33,481 bases of DNA, taken from sequence record SRR31156797_22474, one strand, 5' to 3'. Positions 26,981 through 33,481 of this stretch are shown here, piece after piece. The notes beneath the pieces are model-generated. The model was not told the origin of the DNA. It made no database searches and saw only the letters and a list, made by a program, of their open reading frames with translations. Numbering within the stretch: position 1 is the stretch's first letter; each line of letters opens with the position of its first letter. Made by a program: the position numbers and the translations under genes.

Positions 26981-26998
26981 TGCTATTCTGGATCCAAC
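26981..26998 (+). promoter_or_regulatory. extended -10 (TGcTATTCT) overlapped by VanR operator-like box 2
   Basis: TG-n-TATTCT at 26981-26989; TCTGGATCCAAC at 26987-26998 (9/12 to ATTGGATCCAAT). Confidence 0.6.
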
Positions 26999-27060
26999 AA
27001 AGTGTTAACAAAAGTACAACAAAAATAACAAATGTGACGTGACGTAAAGAGGAAAGAATC

Positions 27061-28119
27061 ATGTACCCAAAGAACTGCTGGTATGTTGCCTGTACTCCAG
27101 ATGAAATTGAAACAGCGCCTTTAGCAAGGACAATTTGCAATGAAGATATTGCTTTTTACCGTGATTCAGAGGGGAGAGTTGCGGCTGTAGAAAACTTTTG
27201 TCCACACAGAGGTGCGCCATTATCTTTGGGATATCTCGAAAATGGTGAATTGGTCTGTGGTTATCATGGCTTGCGCATGGGAAGGGATGGAAAAACGATT
27301 TCAATGCCGAAGCAAAGGGTTGGGCGGTTCCCATGTGTGAAGTCGTATCCTGTTGAAGAAAGGTACGGGTTTATTTGGGTGTGGACTGGAGATAAACATC
27401 TTGCAGATGCTAATGATATTCACCATTTAGAGTGGGCCGATAACCCTGAATGGGCATATGGCGGAGGTCTATTCCATATAAATTGTAATTACCAACTTAT
27501 GATCGATAACTTGATGGATTTGACTCACGAAACCTATGTTCACGCATCAAGTATTGGTCAGAAGGAAATTGATGAAGCACCGGTGCGGACGAAATTGGAA
27601 GGCAACCAAGTTGTCACCTCAAGATTTATGGAATCTGTAACGGCGCCTCCTTTTTGGCAAATGGCTCTGGAAAGTAATGGACTGGATCCCAAAGCACAAG
27701 TTGACCGCTGGCAGATTTGTCGTTTTACGCCCCCAAGCCATGTGTTGATCGATGTTGGGGTTGCTTTAGCCGGGAATGGTGGATTTGAAGCTCCGGGCAA
27801 TCTTCGTGCTGGCAGTACTGTTGTTGATTTCATTACACCTGAAACGGAAACCAGTATGTGGTACTTCTGGGGAATGGCAAGAAACTTCAAACCTCAGGAT
27901 ACCGAGCTTACCGATAAAATTCGTTCAGGTCAGCACACAATATTCAGTGAAGACTTAGAAATGTTAGAGCGACAACAGCAGAACCTTTCGAAAAATCCAC
28001 ACAGGGAGTTATTAAAGCTCGATATTGATGCGGGGGGCGTTCAGGCTCGACGCATGATCGACAAGCTTCTTGAAGCAGAAAACGGCGTTACAGATATGAC
28101 CAACGCTAAAGCAAGCTGA
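27061..28119 (+). CDS. vanA: vanillate O-demethylase oxygenase subunit (Rieske non-heme iron)
   Basis: Rieske CPH...CGYH, mononuclear Fe 'DNLMDLTHETYVH', and VanA-typical 'HHLEWADNPEWAYGGG', 'VDRWQICRF', 'IDAGGVQ'. Confidence 0.93.
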   Translation: MYPKNCWYVACTPDEIETAPLARTICNEDIAFYRDSEGRVAAVENFCPHRGAPLSLGYLENGELVCGYHGLRMGRDGKTISMPKQRVGRFPCVKSYPVEERYGFIWVWTGDKHLADANDIHHLEWADNPEWAYGGGLFHINCNYQLMIDNLMDLTHETYVHASSIGQKEIDEAPVRTKLEGNQVVTSRFMESVTAPPFWQMALESNGLDPKAQVDRWQICRFTPPSHVLIDVGVALAGNGGFEAPGNLRAGSTVVDFITPETETSMWYFWGMARNFKPQDTELTDKIRSGQHTIFSEDLEMLERQQQNLSKNPHRELLKLDIDAGGVQARRMIDKLLEAENGVTDMTNAKAS

Positions 28120-28129
28120 GGAGGCCAGT

Positions 28130-29074
28130 ATGCTAGAAGTACAAGTTATTGCGAAACGACTCCGTAGTCAGAATGTGGTTAGTGTCGATTTATCAGCGCT
28201 TGGTGGATCGAGATTACCAGCATTTGAAGCTGGTGCGCATATTGATTTGCATCTGAAAAATGGCTTGGTGAGACAATATTCTTTGTTTCATTCTCCTACG
28301 CGGCACAATTGTTATCGGATAGCTGTTCAACTTGCCGAAGATTCAAGAGGCGGTTCAGAGTGGGTTCATCGCCAGTTGCAAGTGGGGGACGTCATCACCA
28401 TAAGTGAACCTAAAAATATTTTTAAATTGGAGCAAAAAGCCGAGCAACATATTTTGTTTGCAGGTGGTATAGGCATTACACCGCTGCTCAGTATGGCAGA
28501 AGTTCTTAATGAGACTAATCGGAAATTTGAACTTCACTACTCTGCTAAAACCGAGGTTCAGGCTGCATTCATTAATGAAATCTCAAGATCTAGTTGGTCA
28601 GATCGTGTTCAATTTTATTTTAGCGATGTGGGAAGGCGGGTAAATGCAGATGATATTTTTGCAGGCCTTAACCCACAAACACATGTTTATGTATGTGGTC
28701 CCGAACGCTATATCAATTACATTCTTGAAGCCGCCAATAATGCCGGGTGGCCAGAATCGCAAGTTCACCGAGAGTTTTTTCAAGCTTCAACTTGTACTCA
28801 TGATAATAGTGCTTTTGAGATCCACTTGAGTGTTAGTGGATTAACCTTAGATGTTCCAGCAGATTCCACTGTTCTTGAAGTTCTTACACAAGCGGGAATT
28901 GATGTTCCCTATTCTTGTGAGGAAGGTGTTTGTGGAACCTGTATTACACCAGTGTTAGATGGTGTCCCTGAGCATAGGGACCATTATTTAACTAATGAAG
29001 AAAAGTCATGCAATCGCGAGTTCTTGCCGTGTTGTTCTCGCTCTAAAACTCCCTCATTAACCATAGAAATCTAA
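28130..29074 (+). CDS. vanB: vanillate O-demethylase reductase (PDR/VanB family FMN/NAD/2Fe-2S)
   Basis: 'GAHID', 'RQYSL', 'SRGGS', 'AGGIGITP', 'YVCGP', 'CEEGVCGTC...PCCSR'; GAGGAGG RBS. Confidence 0.93.
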   Translation: MLEVQVIAKRLRSQNVVSVDLSALGGSRLPAFEAGAHIDLHLKNGLVRQYSLFHSPTRHNCYRIAVQLAEDSRGGSEWVHRQLQVGDVITISEPKNIFKLEQKAEQHILFAGGIGITPLLSMAEVLNETNRKFELHYSAKTEVQAAFINEISRSSWSDRVQFYFSDVGRRVNADDIFAGLNPQTHVYVCGPERYINYILEAANNAGWPESQVHREFFQASTCTHDNSAFEIHLSVSGLTLDVPADSTVLEVLTQAGIDVPYSCEEGVCGTCITPVLDGVPEHRDHYLTNEEKSCNREFLPCCSRSKTPSLTIEI

Positions 29075-29107
29075 TAATAAACATGAAGCAAAGAAAGGAA
29101 GCTACCA

Positions 29108-30121
29108 ATGACGTTGAAACTCAAAACAAGCTTATTAATGGCTTGCAGTACTCTTATCTCATCACATCTATACGCCGCTGAGTATAATTTACGCTTATCT
29201 CATCCGTGGCCAGTATCATCTTCAATAAATAAGGGGATAAGTGAGTGGGCTCAGTCTATAGAAAATGATTCGAGTGGGCGTATCAGCATCGATATTTATC
29301 CCTCTCAGACATTGACCAAATCAGCTAAGTCTTATGAAGCTGTGGTCAGCAATATCGCTGATATTACTGCGACTGTTCAAGGGTATACCGCGAACCGTTT
29401 TCCTTTATCTCAGATCGTGGAACTACCGGGAGTGGTACAGAACGCTGCACAAGGCTCTTGTATTCTTCAAAAACTCTACGATGACGGGGATATTAAGCAA
29501 GAATATGATGATACTCATGTCTTATATATGTACACCAACGGTCCTGGTCATATTCATATGAAGGAGGGAGAAGTTCTTCTTCCTGAAGATTTGAAAGGGA
29601 AACGTATTCGACAGCCAACAGCTATTGTTGGACAGTTATTGAAAAACTTAGGCTCTCAACCTACAGGCATTCCCGCTCCTGATGCATACGAAGCCCTTGA
29701 AAAGGGAGTCATTGATGGTGTTGCTATTTCATGGGATGGGGCGAAAGTATTTAGACTTGGTGAGATCGCTCCTTATCATACAGAGTTAAACCTATACAGC
29801 TTGGCTTTTGTTGTTACGATGAATAAGCGCGTTTACCAAAATCTTCCTGCGGATTTGCAGAAGGTCGTTGATAAAAACAGTGGTAGCGACTGGTCACAAC
29901 ACATGGCTCGTATTTTTGACGAACTGGATCAGCAAGCTATCAGCGAAGCCAAGCAAAGAAGTGATCAGGTTGTTTCATTTGGTCAAACGACTCAGGAAGC
30001 ATGGCAACCAGAGCTTGATAAAGTGACAAAGCAGTACTTGGATGATTTAGAGTCGAAGGGATTACCGGCTAATAAAATCTATGAGCGTATACAAGCAATC
30101 CATCAACAATGTGAAGCATAG
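29108..30121 (+). CDS. dctP: TRAP transporter substrate-binding protein (DctP family)
   Basis: Signal peptide, 'SSGRISIDIYPSQTL', 'PEDLKGKRIR', 'YEALEKGVIDG'. Confidence 0.9.
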   Translation: MTLKLKTSLLMACSTLISSHLYAAEYNLRLSHPWPVSSSINKGISEWAQSIENDSSGRISIDIYPSQTLTKSAKSYEAVVSNIADITATVQGYTANRFPLSQIVELPGVVQNAAQGSCILQKLYDDGDIKQEYDDTHVLYMYTNGPGHIHMKEGEVLLPEDLKGKRIRQPTAIVGQLLKNLGSQPTGIPAPDAYEALEKGVIDGVAISWDGAKVFRLGEIAPYHTELNLYSLAFVVTMNKRVYQNLPADLQKVVDKNSGSDWSQHMARIFDELDQQAISEAKQRSDQVVSFGQTTQEAWQPELDKVTKQYLDDLESKGLPANKIYERIQAIHQQCEA

Positions 30122-30228
30122 TTTTAGCTTGAGAGACACTATGTTGTGAACGTCTATAAATACGCTAGCAGGGCATCTGAACCAGTTTGGTATTGCTTTT
30201 TAGTCACAGTATAGACCCAGAAATAACT

Positions 30229-30257
30229 AAAGCCACCAGCTGAGCTGGTGGCTTTTT
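30229..30257. terminator. bidirectional intrinsic terminator
   Basis: AAAGCCACCAGC-TGA-GCTGGTGGCTTTTT between convergent genes. Confidence 0.9.
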
Positions 30258-30295
30258 ACATCGATCAGATCATGTCGTTGCGTGTTAGCCGATCG

Positions 30296-31978
30296 CTAAC
30301 GCAGTCGACTAATCAGCCCAATATCTCGTATATCAATTCGTCCATCCCGGTTAAGGTCACGTCTATCACCCGGAGTTAATGCAGCTTGATTTCGGTACTT
30401 AGCCAGTTCATCGCGATCGGCAGGTGTGACCGAGCTGTCTCCATCAAGATCGCCTGGTTTCGTCGGGTACATTTGATATTTTGAGAATGAAGTGAGGCTA
30501 CCCACAATGGCTCGGTTTGCAGTGTAACCTTGACCTACAACGATAGCGCCAATCACTTCAATTGCCCCGTCAATTTGTTGAAGTTGTGAGGCAGAGATTG
30601 AGAATGGCACTTGGTTGTCACCCAGATTAAAACTCAATGATTGTGCAACTTCTATTAACGTCTCGCCTTGTGGGGTAACAGCTTTGAAAGAGACCTGATA
30701 ACTACCCGCGCGGGTCACGTTTACCGGCACTGATACATTAATAGTGTCGATATAGTTATCGCGTTCAGTGGTTGTGACTGACAGAGAGTTACCAATCACG
30801 ATTGGAGGCTGGCAAATTTGCTCAATATTTTGTAGCTCTTCAACCGCGCCCAAGTTTAATTGGCTAATAGGGCCAGGTGAATAATCATCAAGGTAAACCA
30901 GTTCGACGTTCGAAACTAAGAACGAGTTTACGCTACCTAACTTAGCGCGGATCTCGTCACTGGTGAACGACACAGTATTGACCTCAGTTATGCCTTGATT
31001 CGCGTGCTCTATACGAACATGCTTACTGATTTCATCTCCATTTTCATTGGATAATGTTGTGCGATACAGATAAGTTCCCGGCGTTGTGATATTAACTTCA
31101 TTGCGTTGGTTTATCGTAACAACACATTGATTACCATTTTGATATTGGGTTTGCAGGTCAAACTCAACAGAATTGAGCTGAGCTGGGCTTGCAAATACTT
31201 CAATTTCTCGACCAACGGTTTTGCTATATTGAACCCCATTACGGGTATAGTTTACTTCGGTTTGAACGGTATAGCGGCCAGCCTGATCAAAGGAGTAAAC
31301 CGCAGAGAAGACATTGTCCCCTTGCACTCCGTCTGCACCTTGTCCGTTATCTTCCAGTGGAAATTGTCCTACTTTGGTCAATGCTTCGTTGTAAATTTCT
31401 GCGATTGGCGATGCTGGCGTTAAGTTTTCTGTATCAGGCCCGACAGATAAACCAACCGAGATAGGAGTCTGGGTGTAAGCTTCATAGCTGGACAGCGACA
31501 GCAGTAATGGCTCACTTTCTTGTGCTAATACCGTGACAAGAGCTGCGGTTTGTGTCGGTGCTGCGGGAAATGTAAATTGCAGTTGATATTCAGCGCTACC
31601 CGCTAACTGATCTTTGGCTAACGTGAGTATAAACTGACCACCGGGTAACTCTTGGCTGTTACCACTGTTGAAATAGTCAGCGGCTTGAACTCTGTCTAAT
31701 ATTCGAGTACCACTGGCCGTGAAAAGGGTCATTTCAACACCATCAACAGGAACAATAGCTTCAATAAATAACGCCTCAGGGTCGGTTAGATTGACTTCAA
31801 AACTCAAAGTTTGTTGACCGACAGAAATAGGTGCAGTGATGGAGTCAGGCAGTGTAGGGTTGGAAATTTCAACCGCATTTACCACACAACTCACGAATAG
31901 TATCCATATACTAGCGATTGTTTTTAAGTTCATCGTTAAGTTCCATTTGCTCAGAGTGGAGGAAAGTAGGTTTGTCAT
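30296..31978 (-). CDS. secreted beta-rich protein with choice-of-anchor-X-like motif and C-terminal dockerin-like domain
   Basis: TAAGGAGG RBS; signal peptide (VNA|V); 'LEDNGQGADGVQGDNVFS'; duplicated Ca-loop 'GDLDGDSSVTPAD' / 'DLNRDGRIDIRD'. Confidence 0.75.
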   Translation of the reverse strand: MTNLLSSTLSKWNLTMNLKTIASIWILFVSCVVNAVEISNPTLPDSITAPISVGQQTLSFEVNLTDPEALFIEAIVPVDGVEMTLFTASGTRILDRVQAADYFNSGNSQELPGGQFILTLAKDQLAGSAEYQLQFTFPAAPTQTAALVTVLAQESEPLLLSLSSYEAYTQTPISVGLSVGPDTENLTPASPIAEIYNEALTKVGQFPLEDNGQGADGVQGDNVFSAVYSFDQAGRYTVQTEVNYTRNGVQYSKTVGREIEVFASPAQLNSVEFDLQTQYQNGNQCVVTINQRNEVNITTPGTYLYRTTLSNENGDEISKHVRIEHANQGITEVNTVSFTSDEIRAKLGSVNSFLVSNVELVYLDDYSPGPISQLNLGAVEELQNIEQICQPPIVIGNSLSVTTTERDNYIDTINVSVPVNVTRAGSYQVSFKAVTPQGETLIEVAQSLSFNLGDNQVPFSISASQLQQIDGAIEVIGAIVVGQGYTANRAIVGSLTSFSKYQMYPTKPGDLDGDSSVTPADRDELAKYRNQAALTPGDRRDLNRDGRIDIRDIGLISRLR

Positions 31979-32177
31979 CGTTCCTCCTTATTGGCTTGAG
32001 CGAAGTGATAGTATATTTGTTTCATAGCCGATTTTCATTATAGGGTGATTTTTAGTTTGCTCGTCATTTGTTGACTCTTATTGAATAACTTCATGCTAGA
32101 ATTCGCGTTTCAAACTAGAGCAGTTGGTCTCATTCTGTTCTATCTTTTTTGTTAATTTATCTTTTCAGAGTCAATAC

Positions 32178-33374
32178 ATGTCATTTGCAAAATTAGGATT
32201 GAGTGAAGCACTGTCGAAAGCCGTGGCTGAACTTGGTTATCAAAAACCTACGTCGATTCAAAACAAAGCTATACCGATCATTTTGCAAGGGCAGGACTTA
32301 ATTGCAGCAGCGCAAACTGGTACCGGTAAAACCGCGAGCTTCGTACTGCCAATCCTTGAAAAGCTACAGAAAGCGCAAACGCAAAAGAAAAAACGTGTAC
32401 GTGCTTTGATTTTGGTTCCTACTCGTGAACTGGCGATTCAGGTGGCTGATAAAGTTGAGCAATATGGCAGTCAAACACAGCTCACGTCACTAGCTATGTA
32501 TGGCGGTGTGGATGAGAAAGCACAAAAAGACGCACTAATCGCTGGTGTTGATGTGCTGGTGGCGACGCCTGGACGCCTGCTTGATATGTATGGTCAACGC
32601 GCCGTGTATTTCGAAGAGATTGAAATGCTGGTGCTGGATGAAGCGGACCGCATGCTGGATATGGGCTTTATCGAATCGATCAATAAAATTATTGATCGCG
32701 TACCGAGAGAAGCTCAGTTCTTACTTTTCTCTGCAACATTGTCTAACAAGGTTCGTGATTTAGCGAAAACGGCGGTTACTGATCCTTACGAGATTTCGAT
32801 TGCTGCCAATCAAGCATCAAAATCCAATATTGAACAGTGGCTAATCACGGTCGATAAAGATAAAAAATCGGCGTTATTAAGTCATTTGATTAAAGAGAAT
32901 CAGTGGGATCAAGCTTTGATTTTTATTGAAACGAAGCATGGTGCGGCTAAGTTAGTGTCACAGTTAGAAAAGCGCGAGATCCCAGCGGAGGCTTTTCATA
33001 GCGGCCGTAGCCAAGAAGTGCGTACTCGCCTGTTGAAAGATTTTAAAGAGGGAAAAATCAAGTACCTTGTGGCAACCGGTGTTGCAGCGCGAGGGATTGA
33101 TATTGAAGAGTTATCACGTGTAGTGAACTACGATCTGCCTTTCCCTGCGGATGAGTATGTTCACCGTATTGGCCGTACTGGTCGTGCAAGTGCGAGCGGT
33201 GAAGCGATTTCGTTTGTCTCCAAAGATAACTTTAAAAACCTGTGCATGATTGAAAGCCGTTTAGGTCATTTGATTGAACGCCGCGAAGTTGAAGGCTTTG
33301 AGCCTCGTAAGCCAGTGCCAATTTCAATCTTGAACTACGTGCCGAAGCATAAGCGTCCTAAAGAAGAACAATAG
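32178..33374 (+). CDS. DEAD-box ATP-dependent RNA helicase (RhlE-like)
   Basis: Q motif (F..LGL...PTSIQ), AQTGTGKT, PTRELA, TPGRL, DEAD, SAT, ARGID, HRIGRTGR; ATG 32178 preferred over TTG 32124. Confidence 0.96.
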   Translation: MSFAKLGLSEALSKAVAELGYQKPTSIQNKAIPIILQGQDLIAAAQTGTGKTASFVLPILEKLQKAQTQKKKRVRALILVPTRELAIQVADKVEQYGSQTQLTSLAMYGGVDEKAQKDALIAGVDVLVATPGRLLDMYGQRAVYFEEIEMLVLDEADRMLDMGFIESINKIIDRVPREAQFLLFSATLSNKVRDLAKTAVTDPYEISIAANQASKSNIEQWLITVDKDKKSALLSHLIKENQWDQALIFIETKHGAAKLVSQLEKREIPAEAFHSGRSQEVRTRLLKDFKEGKIKYLVATGVAARGIDIEELSRVVNYDLPFPADEYVHRIGRTGRASASGEAISFVSKDNFKNLCMIESRLGHLIERREVEGFEPRKPVPISILNYVPKHKRPKEEQ

Positions 33375-33406
33375 CGGCAATCCCTTTTTTCTTGAGCAAA
33401 TGACGA

Positions 33407-33432
33407 AAAAGCGAGCTTATTAGCTCGCTTTT
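33407..33432. terminator. bidirectional intrinsic terminator
   Basis: AAAAGCGAGCT-TATT-AGCTCGCTTTT. Confidence 0.85.
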
Positions 33433-33481
33433 GGTTTATTACGTATAGTTTATACCAATCGTAGTAAATAACTGCTCATCC

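Noticed and set aside
32124-32177. N-terminal extension of the DEAD-box helicase
   Set aside because: MSFAKLGL at 32178 is the canonical start of this family.
1-33481. Mobile element, integron, tRNA/rRNA, CRISPR array or anti-phage system
   Set aside because: No integrase or transposase ORF, no flanking direct repeats, no regularly spaced repeats and no defence-type domains were recognised by eye.

Overview
A 33.5-kb Gammaproteobacterial chromosomal segment, most likely from a nitrogen-fixing Vibrio (inferred from gene content and protein style, not proven). It has five blocks. (1) 211-5456: small housekeeping or accessory genes (P-loop protein, GNAT, ABM monooxygenase, MFS transporter, soluble PAS-PAS chemoreceptor, SDR). 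(2) 5615-14043, minus strand: a copper-resistance operon behind a CueR-type promoter, ordered CopL/CutF-like leader gene, cusC, cusB(+2xCusF), cusA, copI-like cupredoxin, c-type cytochrome, copG-like (DUF411). (3) 14099-25987: a 'minor' nif cluster. nifL-nifA and nifB-fdxN-nifQ run divergently from rnfABCDGEH and nifF, with four readable sigma54 promoters, four NifA UAS (TGT-N10-ACA) and IHF-like sites; nifHDK is not in the window. (4) 26122-30121: a vanillate O-demethylation module (vanR, vanA, vanB, lone TRAP dctP) with VanR-operator-like boxes. (5) 30296-33374: a secreted choice-of-anchor-X/dockerin protein and a DEAD-box helicase. The best candidates for undescribed biology are a putative ribosome-stalling leader (C-terminal RPP) coupled to an RNA structure that hides the cusC RBS, a CopI/cytochrome c/CopG periplasmic copper-redox module, a shared bidirectional enhancer region between nifLA and rnf, and an unusual (RPx)n-repeat tail on RnfC. 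No tRNA, rRNA, CRISPR, IS or integrase was seen.
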